Counted from the whole stretch's first letter, positions 12,723 through 26,235 are shown. The stretch: 57,512 nucleotides of DNA, filler included, from Dimargaris cristalligena (GCA_003614675.1; 2 parts of 2 records of this genome joined end to end with filler, not necessarily neighbours in it), one strand, 5' to 3'. Made by a program: numbers and translations. The notes: generated by a model not told the origin, from the letters alone.

Positions 12723-13113
12723 CTGGAGAAAGAGGCATTCGGTGGGGGAGGGAAGCGGGGCATTCGGTGGTACGTGGTGGGTAGATAGGATTCCGAGCCA
12801 GACGCAGAGAGTGGGGGAAAGGGGTGTGTATGCAGATATAGAGAGGGATATGAGTTTAGTACGATGTGATGTTTAGGTTATCGAACGAGTCGATAGTCAA
12901 ATGTACATCCGATATCCACAACCCGCGGCGGCTCTTAAGGTTGGTCGGATGGGCATAGGGACGGATGGATGGATGGATAGTGGGCAGATATACGGCCAGC
13001 CCTCGTCGTATCGGCAGATGATGCACGGATGGATGTACGGTAATACGCCGAAGGTGACGGGTCGACGAGGGGGACGAGCGAGTGTTCGAAGTAAACGGAC
13101 ATTGGTAACATAC
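12723..13113 (-). other. 5'-UTR intron of RPL14 (391 nt)
   Basis: Donor CAG|GTATGT at 13113 and acceptor TTTCTCCAG| at 12723. The upstream non-coding exon begins in a pyrimidine tract (CCCCTCTTGTTTCTCC, ~13174-13157). Confidence 0.8.
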
Positions 13114-13174
13114 CTGGCTTTACTTGAGGGATCGAACACCACGAAGTACAGATACAGGAGAAACAAGAGGGGGT

Positions 13175-13705
13175 TCGTTGGGCGGTCTGGATATCAAATG
13201 AGTTTTATACACTATGTTGTTTTGTCCTCACTTTTATTGGATGGTTTTGGTGGTGGCAGCACTTTCCCGCCTACAATTTAGGCCTGGGCAATAATATAGG
13301 GTGGAAGGGGGGGGGATATAGAGAAGAGGACTCTCCCCCCCCCACCTTACACCACACTATAGCCGTGTGGGGGCTATAGGGGCCATTCCACCAACTAACT
13401 AACTGGCAGCAGGCGCTTGGGATAAAATGAAATGGTTACATGTGTATTATATACTACCACAACCATTCTTATGCGTGGGTGAATCTTTCCCACCTCTTTT
13501 AGCGGGGGATTAGTGGAGAGACACTTTTGGAGGGGAGGCTGCCTGATATCCCGCCGTATGACCTATAGTAGTGCTTGTCTATCTGCACTTTTTGCCCACT
13601 TTCTGTATTCTCCTCTCTTGTCTCCATTGAACCCCACTTACCTGTCATCTCCCCCCTATTCCACCGTTTGTTCACCCACCCCCCGCTCCGTCCGTCACTC
13701 TCGCC
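13175..13705. promoter_or_regulatory. Short bidirectional promoter region between divergent RPL14 and IPP-2 genes
   Basis: Head-to-head genes ~0.55 kb apart. Contains a G9/C9 inverted repeat at ~13299-13346. Confidence 0.55.
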
Positions 13706-14966
13706 ATGCCGAAGGGAATCCTGAAGAAGGGCACCACCAGCCAAGATGAAAAGGTCAATCGGTAAGCCCTATTTACCTAGCGCGTTTCGGTTTAGTCGTC
13801 CGCTCCTAAATGGACGAACCCCGTTGCTTCTCGACCTGTCTTTCCACTAACTAACCTTCGACTATGAATATTATTACATTTCCCTGCCGCTTCTGCCCAC
13901 TGCATTTGTTCCTTGGCCGTACTTGCTATGCTGCGGTATTCTCTGATAATCGACAACTATCGTCTATCTCGATATTTCAATGCAGTCTCAAATGGGACGA
14001 GGATAGTCTTCTGCTCACCGAAGCCCAGAAGGATTCCAAAATGAAGATAAATGAACCGAAAACCCCCTTTGTGCACTCCAATCCCGCCGACGAACTCGAG
14101 GACGATTTGGAAGGTAAGCAACTCATATGGATATACATTTCCAGATACAGTCTTTTTATTTTTACTCACCAGCCTCCGGCATAGTCCAGCAGATAGATTC
14201 GGGGTAGGGACTACTGAGTTCGCCCAGCATCTGTCGTATGATCGACTCTCACCCCCCGGTTATTGGTGCTAACCAACCACATGCCCCCCCCCCATTTACA
14301 ATCTTTTATATCATTATCTGAAACCGCTGCACGGTTGCTTGGTCACGCTCGGATCATCAGAAATGTCCCTCTCCGCCAGTTCGCCGCACAAGTCTCCTCG
14401 TATGGCCGCCTCGGAACATCGAGTCCACATTAGCTCCGGCTCTGAATGGGAGGAAGACGAAGACCTCCCCATGACCGAAGAAGGTAATGATAATAGACTA
14501 TTGTCCGCCACTATTATTTGTTTATCCAAGAGCCATGGATTGGCCATGTCAGCCCCTGCCTTAATGTATGCCCTCCCCTAGACAGCGCTTATAAATCCCA
14601 TCGAGGGACGTTGTTCTTAAAGTGCGGATGGCCATTGACCCCACTCTTTTTATCTCTTGTATTATGTATCTATGCTTTTGGAACCCGACGGTACATAATC
14701 CCTGCTTGGTATGGATTTTAGAAAAGGAAAAGCACCGCCAATTTGTCAAAATGCGCTCGAACCATTACAATATGAAAGAGGCGTTTGTCCGACCCAGTGA
14801 TATGGAAGAACTGGAGGACGATAACGACGACAATGGTAACAATAATAACGACGATGACGACGACGATAACGAAACTACGAAGTTCGTCGGCGCGAAGATT
14901 CCGCCCAAGGGATTTTCCCGTCCCTTTCCTCCACTGAGCGGTACTCTAGGCAACTCCAAGTCATAA
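13706..14966 (+). CDS. GLC8/IPP2: Protein phosphatase 1 inhibitor-2 (Glc8/PPP1R2 family), 183 aa; exons 13706-13761, 13986-14113, 14361-14483, 14722-14966
   Basis: KGILKK (SILK-type), LKWDE, MKINEPKTPF (phospho-Thr site) and FVKMRSNHYNM motifs. Three GT-AG introns join in frame. Confidence 0.92.
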
Positions 14967-15654
14967 TTCCAAGTCAAATGGCAAACGATAGCACCGGGCC
15001 CACGTTCATTCAAGAGAACTGGCCATGCCCCCCTCTCAGTCGCTCGTGAATCAACTCGGTACTATCGATAATCATTCATATTTGCCGTTCCTTATTACAC
15101 CATTTCTTCATTGCGATGTTTCTTTTACGCTTAACTATATTTTCTGTTGTATTTTCATCCCCACCCCACAACTTTACCATACATACATTTCACTTTATAT
15201 ACCCTCCTAATATATTGCCAATTACCACCCAGGCTCTCGTGATACAACCTATCCCTGCCCATCTGGTCGCGACTTTCGTTTAGCCAATTTGGTAATCGAC
15301 CTCTTGATCAAATGGGTAGGCCGCCTGATTTATTATACATACCACAGACCTGTCCAATACCAAAACTAACCTTCGTCTAATAGACGGCCGAGACCCAACC
15401 TTTGACCTACTGCCCTGGTATTCGAGGCCATGACCAAGAAGGCCTAGTGGGCGAGGGCCAATTTTATTCAAAATACATATTGTTGCTAGTGACAAAGTGT
15501 TGGGGGTACTAATATTGGTTTTTTGGCCTCAACCATTCGGTACATGTAATATATTTATCTCAGGAAATACTATTCCCATGCCTCAGATTTGATATTAATT
15601 TAGATATACATTTATTGAATAGACAATAGAAAATGGACACTGTAGTAATGCGAT

Positions 15655-18000
15655 CTAAACACTGAGGACCATAAGGTCGCGTGCAATGAAAGCCTTGAAT
15701 TTCTGGGTATTAAAAACTAAAGCTGATGAGGCCGCTGAGATGCGATGCCTGTAACTCCGGCATTGGTCAATTGTGCTAAGGAAAATACCAAAGTATATGG
15801 GCTTGAAAAGGCCCCGTCGACAATAAATGTGAATCACATAAAAATCGATATCATAGGAAATGATCCACAGGCGGATGGTGGAAATTTGGTCGTGGGTAAG
15901 TCCCTCGGGCTGGACGGCGCCCTCTTTTATCAGTTTGGCGAGTCGGTATTTGACCATGGGGTAGTTGACAGGGTTGATGGCATCGGGCCGGGGCTTGGCA
16001 TGCAACCACTGTCCTACGGGAGAGTGAAACCGGGCGATCCGGGCCGAAATGCGTAGGAGCAGAGGGGGCGGGTTGAGAATGCCATCGAGACTGGCACGAG
16101 TTTTGCGGATGTTGGCCAGGGATGATTCGATGGAGATATGTGTTAGGTACACATTAGTCAGGGGAAAATAGCTTTGGTAGGGGCCGTTGACGAATTGCGT
16201 GAAGCGCAGGCGAACCAATTGACGACTTTGCTTGAGAAGGTCAGCGGGTAGGGTCTGGTTGGGAATGGCCTGGTGGGCTGAATAAGGCACGGGGGAGCCG
16301 GCGGATACCCCGGGGGACGAAGCGGCCATTGTAATACAGCCCGAGTCGGGCGGGTGGGCCAGTAGGATAAATACCATGATCGGGTCACCGACCGTTTCCA
16401 AGAATTTCTGGCCGTTGGCGGGGTCAGAGGTGGGTACCTCCATTGGACTTAAACGCCGGGGCGGAGTAGGTTCTTCCAGTAGCCTGCGCGTTATATCGGA
16501 CGAATGATCGGGTGAGGCAGAATCCAAGAAATGGCGTAGAGATAACATGACTAATAGCGGGCCCGAGTGGCGGTTGAGGCAATTTACATCGATTGCAGTC
16601 AGGGACCGGTAAAGTGCGCAGGTATCCCGTATATCCGCGGGAAATAGATCATTCGCGTGTTCACGGGCCTTGCCAATAAAAGTAGACCATTGGGCGGTAA
16701 TGGACATCCAGCCGCTGTAGCAATCGAGCACAAAATCGGGTATAGGCTGGGTGGGCCGGGGGGCATCAGGGACGGCGATGAGAGTCCGAGCCATGGCCTC
16801 GGCCTTGGCGAATATAAAGTCCTCGTAGGGTCCTAGTGCGGTCTGGAGAATCCGGTGATAGGAACTACGGGTCTTGACAGAACTCAGGATATTCTCCAAC
16901 ATAGTGCACATGGTCTGAAAGGAGACGAAACTGCCCACCAACCAGTGGTAGTCCCGCAGCTGCTCCTTTTTCCAGTAGAAAAAAGTACGCAGGATAAATC
17001 GGGCGTAGGAGGCCAGCGGCGATCGGCCCACCGGGAAGGGGGGCTTCGTGACAAACAATTGCCACCGAATTTTGGCGTTCCAGCGATACGAATAGGGTAG
17101 CAGGTGGACCGTTTCGGTTAAGTAATCCAAAAACACCCCACAAAATCGGACCAGGACCGACAAACGGTGGTTGATGGTTCGAAAGCACCACGGGTCGCTA
17201 TAGAGCTGCATCCGATTTTGGGTCTGGTAATAAGTCTGTTCGACGGGGTTATGAGCCGGCCACATGGGACTTTGCTGGAAGACGTGCAGCGGGTCGGCAT
17301 ATAACTCGGCATCCAAGTCCACCTCGGGCATGGATTGGGCGGCAAAGTGGTAGGCATTGGCGCACAGGTGGTTAAACTCGAAGCCCTGTAGGCCCGACCT
17401 CATGAAGTGGTTTCGAAAATCGGGGAATGATGCGTTTGGTAGTTGCAAGGCCATATTTAAGTGTTGCTGCTGAATAAAAGCTGGTAGGGTAGGGTGTCGC
17501 TGCAGAAACAAGAAGAGTCGCCAGACTTCCCACTTGGTGTCGAAGCAGGGCGCTAAGCGGGCGCAAATTTGGATGAATTGGCGGGGATTGAACGCGAAAT
17601 GCTCCACAACTGTTTGGATGAGTAGGCGTTGGTCCTTCCCAATTGGATCGCCCTTCAATCCCACGACTCCCGAGGGCTCGTGCCGGGCCTTTTTCAAGGC
17701 GTCCTGGAGTTTCCGACTTTCGCTACGAAGGCCCTCTCGTTCCGATTGAAGACGGGATAGTTTGTCGCCAACACCCATGGGTGACTGGAGGTACTTGAAA
17801 TCTGCCAAAACACATTATAGTATTGCATACGAGATACTTAGTAAAAAAAATGTGGATTCGTATGGCGGCAAACTATTGGACGTTTACATGCCGGTAGTCG
17901 ACTTACTCTCGAAGTATGTCTGGTAATTATGATTAAAATTAGAACCAGCGTCATCTTTCTTCAGCTCGGTGAGATCGTGCGACGATATATCAGGGCTCAT
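15655..18000 (-). CDS. Divergent IQGAP/Gap1-like protein (RasGAP-related domain plus RasGAP C-terminal region), ~746 aa; exons 18000-17907 and 17801-15655
   Basis: LVRFCGVFLDYLTETVHLLPYSYRWNAK resembles the IQGAP GRD segment (FL..I..S...IPYGMR.IAK), LYADPLHVF resembles L.TDP..IY, and C-terminal KYRLAKLIKEGAV...LVFNTQKF resembles the IQGAP C-terminus. The intron has a GTAAGT donor (17906) and GCAG acceptor (17802) and is in frame. Confidence 0.65.
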
Positions 18001-18401
18001 AGTAGAGGTAGTAACAGTAAATATAAAAATCTCGAATTCAATCAGTATCACCAGAAAAAAACCAATATAATATATATATATACTAGGCTAATATGTTACA
18101 AAATGCGTAAACACTCGGAGGTGGGCAGCCACTGGTTTATAAGTTACTTGGGGGATAGTAAATTATGGCCAATTTTAGGCAGAGTGAAGTTTCATCTTTC
18201 CGAAAAGGACTAATGGGGAGTTATATTCAAGATATCATCCAGCATGGGAATAGCGCTCTCATCCAACGAGTATGGGAGTGAATTGGCCGATAGTGCCGTA
18301 CTTACCGAAGCTGGTATGATTTACGGAAATCCCATGGGTTCACTGAATACATTTATGAAAATGAAAGAGATCGGAAGTATTACGAGGCCAAGAAACGGAA
18401 A

Positions 18402-19117
18402 TCACCATGGGTAGGTCAGATGAAGTAGAGTTTTATTTAATGTGAATCTCAGGCAGGCGACCTTTTGGTCATAATTTGCCATCCATGGGTAGGTCAAACA
18501 TAAGCGGAACAAGAGTGGAAAATTCCAATAAATCCTTTCCAGGGTGAGTATGTGGCGGCCTAGGAGATATGTGAGGGGGGGGGGTGGGTTTGCACCATGT
18601 AGCCATTGTAATCGAGATGAAGAAGGTAACATTGAACGGACGGGTCACAATTGATTAGCTTTCGTTTTATTTAAGCTGTAAAAAATAAAATGCAGCATAA
18701 AGAAACGTATGGAATTCCGAGGCTTGCAGACTGGACAACGTCAAATAAACCCAGTCGTCCCAAATGTAATAATTGGATTATTCCACTTGTGGATTTTTAA
18801 AAAAAATAGTGAAGAGGGAGTGTCACACTTTAAGACACATGTGGAATATTAGCCAACCAGCTAGTTGTACTAATGTCAATGTCAATAGTGCATCAGGACA
18901 CAGACATCGCTAAACAAGTAACATGGTCTTTATGATATTTTTTTACCAGAACCTTAAAGCAGGCAGGACTATAGCAGTATCGCCAATCGGTACAGTATTT
19001 CCTTTTTATCCGTAGGCGACGGGATTTCCCTGAAACTAGCGGGAAAGGAGTTGCATCCAAAGGCGACTCGTCACTGAAATGTAACCGGCCTATATGTTGC
19101 ATTACTTTGGGGTACAT
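18402..19117 (-). pseudogene. Possible decayed LRR/F-box-like gene fragments
   Basis: Short stop-interrupted ORFs with LRR-like segments (WNFPLLFRLCLTYPW...KTLLHLTYPW) and a 14-nt direct repeat CCATGGGTAGGTCA with a 78-nt (26-codon) period. Confidence 0.25.
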
Positions 19118-20733
19118 GATATTTCTCTCTTTAAAAAATACATTCGAAAGAAGGACCGGCTAACTGGCATTCTTGCATACCCAACTAGACACTAAAATTA
19201 ACTCACTGTTGTCATTTCACTTTAGACTTTGCAATGAAAAAGGTCCACTGCCACTTGCATTATCCGGGAGCATACAAATGGTAGTAGTCGATATATCAAA
19301 TCATAACCCAATATATAGGCAAATGGGTATGCTTCCTCTTCAAAGAGGGGGTGTTTATTGTTCCACCGGATGCCTCTCGAACTCTTATTATCTGAAATCT
19401 GGGGTTCGTTTTCTATATTACTTCGCTATTGTGTGATATCCACCTACCCATTTCCTCCTGCCCCAAACTATGATCGTGTCCACCTCCAGAACTGAGTACT
19501 CCCACTTGGTGATAGTCCTGACATGCGAGTAAAGTGCTACCTTCGGCGACTAGGTTACACCGAAAGAAAGTACATGGCCTCCACTTGTGTTTCAAAGTTC
19601 CATATCCCAAGACCATAATCCAATAGCGGGAAACTCTTTAGCCAATATAAGGAGTTGGATTGCCGGGTTGGTATCTCAATTGATGATAGTGTTGGATTTG
19701 TGGTCGTATTGTTCCAGTGTATCAAATAGATATAATGAAATTGTCGGAATAATCAGTAAAAAGAGGGGATTATGAGAAGGGACGCTAGGACGCAGATAAT
19801 TTACTACACCGCTGTAATGAATAATGATAAAGAGCTGGGCGGCATGCAAATCGTTATAGTGATCTGTGAAGTGCCGACGATAGAATCATTTAGTTTGGTG
19901 GCTATTTTAGTAGTGAATGTCGTAGTATGTTTTATAAGTACAAGGAGCTCTACCATGTTAGGAGGGAGGGGGTTCAACATTCGTAAGCTGTTGTACAAGG
20001 AAGACTATTTCAAAAGCCTTGATTTGGCCCAATTCATTCTTTTTATTTAGTGAACCAATACATATCCTTTCGGGGTTAGGTATATTTACTTTGCGCCTGA
20101 CAATTGGCCATCTGAGGCGCCCTTTACCAGGACAGAGGGGCATCTATCTTGGTATTTATGTTGTAATTAAAGATCAAGGGATAAACGCAAGGTCTTCCTA
20201 AAGTAACTGAAAATAATATTTAAAGAGAGAAAGAGTCCCAGAAGATGTTATCTGGCACTCTCTCGTTTAATTTATAGCTCAAACAGATTATTCAAACATG
20301 TTTACATTGAGCGCAATCCATAAACCAGGCCTCTAGTATCTCCAACTCTGATGGTGGAAATAATCCACAGTTCACTCAACTCCGCCTGTACCACTAGCGC
20401 TGGCCCAGCCTATTAAGGGCAAGTATTATTTCTAGTCACCTGATCCTTCTTACCACTCATCTCTCACTATCCCTCAATCTAGCTGAGTTACTAAGCTGTG
20501 GGCATTCTGCTCCGCTAAATGGTACTTACTAAAGCGAGAGTCCCATCAGGTGTGGGGAGGGAGGCAGCCCCGCCAACAGGACCTGGTGCGGTTTTTTCGA
20601 GTGGAGGGTGTATTAGAATCGAGGCCCCTTCAATAGCCAGCAGTACTGGCCACTTCTTCTAAATCGCCACCCTTTCAACTCATTACTCGGTGCAATTCTT
20701 GTTTGCTCTTTTGTTTATCCCTTTTCGATCACC

Positions 20734-22767
20734 ATGAACCAGCCTCAGATCATTGTTCTCAAAGAAGGGACCGACACCTCCCAGGGTAAAGGCCAGTTGC
20801 TGTCCAACATCAACGCCTGCTTGGCGGTTGTGGACACCATCCGGACCACCCTCGGTCCTCGAGGCATGGACAAGCTCATCGTCGATTCCCGAGGTAAGAC
20901 TACCTTCTGGTCCGTTACCCTACTCAACCCCTTTCCTTCGGAAGCATCGCCTGATGGGCAGCTTGGCCTTCTTCTAACCTTCGAAATATACTCATCCTCT
21001 ATTATTTGGTCGCTCTACCCCCGCCATTCGATCAACCCTCAACCATCCGGTACTTTATGATTCGATAGGCAACGTGACCATCTCGAATGACGGTGCCACG
21101 ATCATGCGGCTCTTGGACATTGTCCAGCCTGCCGCCAAGGCTTTAGTTGATATTGCCCGCTCCCAGGATGCCGAGGTAAGCCTTCATTTTACTTAATTTG
21201 AGGCAATATCGAATCGAATTTATTGTGCCTGCCCGAATAGCTTGATCCGATCTGCACCAATTCCTTTATACTTTACTGACTCGAGACCCGATGTGATTAT
21301 AATACCATTTCCGTGTATCGGCATCGTTTTGATTAGGTGGGTGACGGTACCACAAGTGTAGTTCTACTGGCTGGTGAAATGCTCAAGGAAGTCAAGGGCT
21401 ATATTGATGAGGGTGTGAGCCCCTACGTTGTCATCAAGGGCTTCCGTAAGGCCTGCCAGTTGGCTTTGAATCACATCAAGGAATTGGCCGTGTCCGTGGA
21501 TAAGACCGACGAGACCAAATTCCGTGAACTGCTTTCCAAGTGCGCGGGTACTGCCATGAACTCCAAGCTGATTTACTCGCAGAAGGAGTTCTTCACCAAG
21601 ATGGTGGTCGACGCCGTGCTTCACTTGGACCAGGAGGATCTCAACGAACGTTTGATCGGTATCAAGAAGGTGCCAGGTGGTGCCATGCAGGATTCGTTGT
21701 ACGTCGAGGGTGTGGCCTTCAAGAAGACCTTCTCCTACGCCGGTTTTGAGCAACAGCCCAAGACCTTTAAGAACCCCAAGATTCTGTGCCTGAACGTGGA
21801 GCTGGAACTCAAGGCCGAGCGGGATAACGCCGAGGTGCGGGTCCAGGCCGTCCAGGAATACCAGGCCGTCGTGGACGCCGAATGGTCCATCATCTTCCAG
21901 AAGCTCGAGGCCATCGTGAACAGCGGAGCCAAGGTGGTGCTCAGCAAGCTGCCCATCGGCGATCTGGCCACCCAGTACTTCGCTGATCGGGACATCTTCT
22001 GCGCCGGCCGAGTGACCGCCGACGATATGGACCGGGTAATCCAGGCCGTGGGTGGTACGGTCCAGTCGACCTGTTCCGATATTGACCCCGCCAAGCACCT
22101 GGGTACCTGCGAGATCTTCGAGGAGCGCCAAATCGGTGGAGAGCGGTACAACCTCTTCCACGGTTGCCCCGCGGCCAAAACCTGCACCCTCATCCTCCGG
22201 GGCGGTGCCGAGCAGTTTATCGCCGAGGTCGAACGCAGTCTGCACGACGCTATCATGGTGGTTCGCCGGACTATCAAGAACCGGAATGTTGTGGCCGGCG
22301 GGGGTTCCATTGAAATGGCCCTCTCGCGCTACCTCCGCGACTACGCCCGGACCATCGAAGGCAAACAACAACTCATGGTGGCTGCCTTCGCCAAGGCCCT
22401 CGAAATCATTCCCCGCCAGCTGTGCGATAACGCCGGTTTGGATGCTACCGAAATCCTTACTAAACTACGCCAGCGTCACTCCGCCCCCACCCAAAAGTCA
22501 AGCGATGGCCGCAACGCTGCCTGCTGGTACGGCGTGGACGTTAATGACTCGCAGGGTGTGGCGGATATGTTCGTTAATTTCGTCTGGGAACCCTCCGTGG
22601 TTAAGCTTAACGCCCTGTCCTCCGCTACCGAAGCTGCCTGTCTGATTCTGTCCGTCGACGAAACCGTGCGTAACCCCCAGTCGGAACAGGCCCAGGGTGG
22701 TCCCGCTATGCCCCGTGGTGCTGCTGCCCGGGGTATGCGGGCCCGCGGTCGTGGTATGAGAGGTTAA
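20734..22767 (+). CDS. CCT7: T-complex protein 1 subunit eta, 565 aa; exons 20734-20893, 21069-21175, 21337-22767
   Basis: [72 protein letters not shown] and an RG-rich tail. Both introns are GT-AG and in frame. Confidence 0.97.
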
Positions 22768-23702
22768 GTGTAGGGTGTTCCTCGTTAGCACGCCATGTCT
22801 TCATCAGGTGCCTTTTTTATTATTAAAAAAAATAACATCCCTACGGAACCAGCGTCGGTGAATACACACACACACACACACATATATATAAAGACATCCA
22901 CCGTATTTTATGGAGATGGCCTGCTATTGTCCTGGTACCATGGCCAATACCTGGTTTTTCACCCGGCATATTTTTCCTGACTATCATTTTGTGCTATCCA
23001 GGTGGGCGGTGCTACAGTGCGGCGTTCCATCATTATTATTGTTTCACCAATACACTTTACCCTGCTATTCACCAAGACGTACGCTTTCCTCCTTCTTTTC
23101 CACCTCTATTATTATTTTATTCTCCGGCTTGATTCTTCCCATGCTATTAATAGTATCTGTGCCTTCGTTTCTTTTAGGCGTACCTCTCCCCTCCTACATC
23201 TCTCCAACTTTTTTCTTTGCAAAACAATACTCGGCCACTTGCCGACAAAAATGACCAATTAAAGAACCAACCTCGGTTTAGGCAATTTAAAAATATTATC
23301 GGTTGGAATGTCGCCGACTACAATTTGGGAAATACCCCCGTATAAGACGATATTTAGTGGGAAGATCTCGAAATTCATCCAAATATAGTATGTTCGTGGA
23401 TACTCGTATGGAGGTAGTAGCGAAAACCTTTTGCTCAGGAATTGCCAAACGCAGTGGGGCAAAAACAAGAATAGATGGGATGTAGAGCTAATATTTGATT
23501 ATACTATTGCCACAGTTTGACCAGGGTCTTTCTGTTTTAACTAAAGCAAGAGTAACCCTGGACGAAGGCACCCAAGATAGTCGCAGATAGAACACTTTAT
23601 TTTGTTGAAGGAGTAGGGGGTTCTACTGTAAAATAAAGAAAACCACTGCCAAACTCGGGGCTTCCAGATGAAAATTCGGCTTCAAATTAGCACCAAGATA
23701 AT

Positions 23703-26235
23703 TTAACAGTCATCCATGTCAAGGAGGCTAAAGGCATTGGCCATGCCTCGTCCTGCGCGGGCTTTCCCCTTTTTCTTTGAAGATTTCCCAATATTTTCAT
23801 TAGCCTCGCTGTCTTCACCCCCATCTTCTTCCACCTCCTCTCCCTCTTCCTCATGATCATCATCAACCTCCCCTTCTTCCTCATCCTCTGATTCAACCTC
23901 GGAGTCACTCTCGTGCTCCAGGTACGCATCGGATACCTCCTGGGTATCACTCTCCTCAGCCGGGCTGTCCAATTCCGGTCGGACATATACAAGTGGTACT
24001 GGGTGGGGAGCCCCTGTACGATCGGAGGCCCGGCGGAAAAAGTTCGGGGGCTTAAATGACAGGAGCACCCGGCCATCAACAACAAGCCGCAGGATCGCAT
24101 TGGCTAAGTTGCATTAAAGTATTGCCAGAGCGAAAATTAAAAAGGGGTAGCCATGTATGATAAAGTATATATTGTACACATAGTTTCACTGGTTAGCGAT
24201 ATTAGTTTAGTTGGTGGTCGGCATTTTCAGGAGTATCCTTAATAATCGTAAATTTGATATGGCAGTATCGGTACTAGCCATAGGAACCTCGAAACACAGT
24301 GGGCACGTCGGTGTCCGTTAGCCAGTGGATATCGAAAATTGAGCACAACTGGCCCATTCATGATTAACCTTACCTGAGCGGTACGCATCCGGGCGTTGGG
24401 CCTTGGCAGTGAAGAACCTCTTTCGAATCGCATGGGCTATTGGTGGCAGATATATATAGTAAAGAAAAGTAAGGGCTAGGTCACTGATTATTACATGCCC
24501 GACTGAGGGCTAAGCAAGTTTGTACCATCTGGCTCCCAAAAGTGGGCTAGTCTCCAAACTGATCAATAAATAGCCTTCGAAAGAGATAGCGGACCGGAGG
24601 GAAATGTACCATTAACTTACATTCGCAAATCGCCCACGCTGTCCAGTATTTTTGGCCAGGGGCTAGGATATCGTCGGGGGCGGTCAGCTTGAGGACACGC
24701 TCCAGTGGGATTCGCTCGGCCAAATACTGCACTGACGAATACGGTTCCTGGACCTGCGCGATATTGAACAATCCCGTCAGAATCTGCACGGGCTTAGGGG
24801 TTAGACTGGGGAATACTAGGCCGGGACAATCGCATAGCCGCACATTGTCGGCCAAATAGATGGTCTGGAAGCGTTTGGTATGGCCCGGCGTTTTGCTGGC
24901 GCTCACCACCGTCCGACCCATCAGGGAATTGATTAGGGTACTCTTGCCCACGTTGGGGTGACCGATTAACCCCAGGGTCAAATAATTTTGGTTGTAAGTG
25001 ATCTCTTGCTCCAGCTCGGACCGGATCGGGGTTTCGGACGAGGCATTCCCCGAATGCTGGGGAGCGGTATTGGACGTTGTACCAAGGCCATTTCCGTCAT
25101 CCGATTCGTACTCATACCGGGAGATGAGGGCGGCCCAATCGACATTAACTCCGGGTTTTTCAATATCCAGCTTTTGGCAAGCCCGGAAAAGGTCGGCCGC
25201 TCCAACGGGTCGATAGGCCCGTTTGCGGGGCCGTTTGACTTGCAGACGCATGTCGCAGACATTGGTATCGTCGAGCAGTACGACGGGCGCTTCGTAACAC
25301 GCAAAGGTCGTCATCGCCAGTTCCGGAAACTGGGCTTTGAGGTAGGCCTTCCACGCGTCCACAGTGGACTGCGCGACTAGATCGATTTTGTTGAGGACCA
25401 GGACCAGCGGCTTTTTCAAGTGGTGGACGACATAACGGTAGACCGAGGGGGGGAAATGTAGGAGTGGGTGGCGAATATCCGTGATCAAGAGAACGACGTC
25501 GCTAATTTCGGCCACGCGCCAGAGCTGACGCCAGACCTCGAGGTTCCGCTCGAAGAAGCTAAGCTGCGACGGGTCATAGCTCTCCTCGATGTTGTGGAGC
25601 CACTGGTCCAGGTACTGCTGCTCCGAACGGTCCAGGACCACCTTGGAATCGGTTGGCTTCCATGGTGGACGTTGAGGAATGTCAATAGTATCCGGGTACA
25701 TTTCCTCGACGGATATTTCAAGCCCGGCTTTGGGAAGTCGGAGAAAGGGTTGCATGGCACGTTCCTTGTTTTGCTGGATTTCCTTAGGGGTCAGCTTTGT
25801 AAAAACCGACACAAGCTCGCTGTGTGACTTAACTAGCCCTTTACTGGTGGTGGGGGGGGGTCCGTTTTAATAAAACGATGTAAAAAGAACAGCCGGGTAG
25901 GTAAGGGTTATTCTAAGTCGCTGGGGTACCTTATACTGGGGTGCCAATATAGCCTAATCGGAGGGGGTCGAACATGCCCTTCCGTTGGTCAAGGGTTATA
26001 GGGTATTTTCCAACCCAGTCTTCAATAAGCAGCATAGCTGAATGGCTTACCTAGTAGTGGTGGGCTTAGATTCGGCTACCGGGGCTTCTTCGGGTTCGCT
26101 CTCATTGTCGGAGCTCGCCAGTCCAAGCTTTCGATAACCCATGGTCGGCGCAACGTCGACGCCCTGTTTCCGCTGGCGCTTCTTCAAGAGCTGCTCCCTC
26201 TTTTGTTTTCCACTAAAGGCTACTTTGCGGGGCAT
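23703..26235 (-). CDS. GNL1: GNL1-like circularly permuted large GTPase (YlqF/YawG family), 623 aa; exons 26235-26051, 25843-24621, 24436-24374, 24103-23703
   Basis: N-terminus MPRKVAFSGKQKREQL; SFFERNLEVWRQLWRV; DIRHP; G4 NKID precedes G1 GHPNVGKS, G2 TPGHTK and G3 DCPG; FFTAKAQRPDAYRSAN; acidic tail. All junctions are GT-AG and in frame. Confidence 0.9.

Noticed and set aside
12329-12784. 151-aa ORF antisense to RPL14
   Set aside because: Consequence of the biased codon usage of RPL14.
21364-22371. 335-aa antisense ORF within CCT7
   Set aside because: In-register antisense frame kept open by codon bias of a highly expressed gene.
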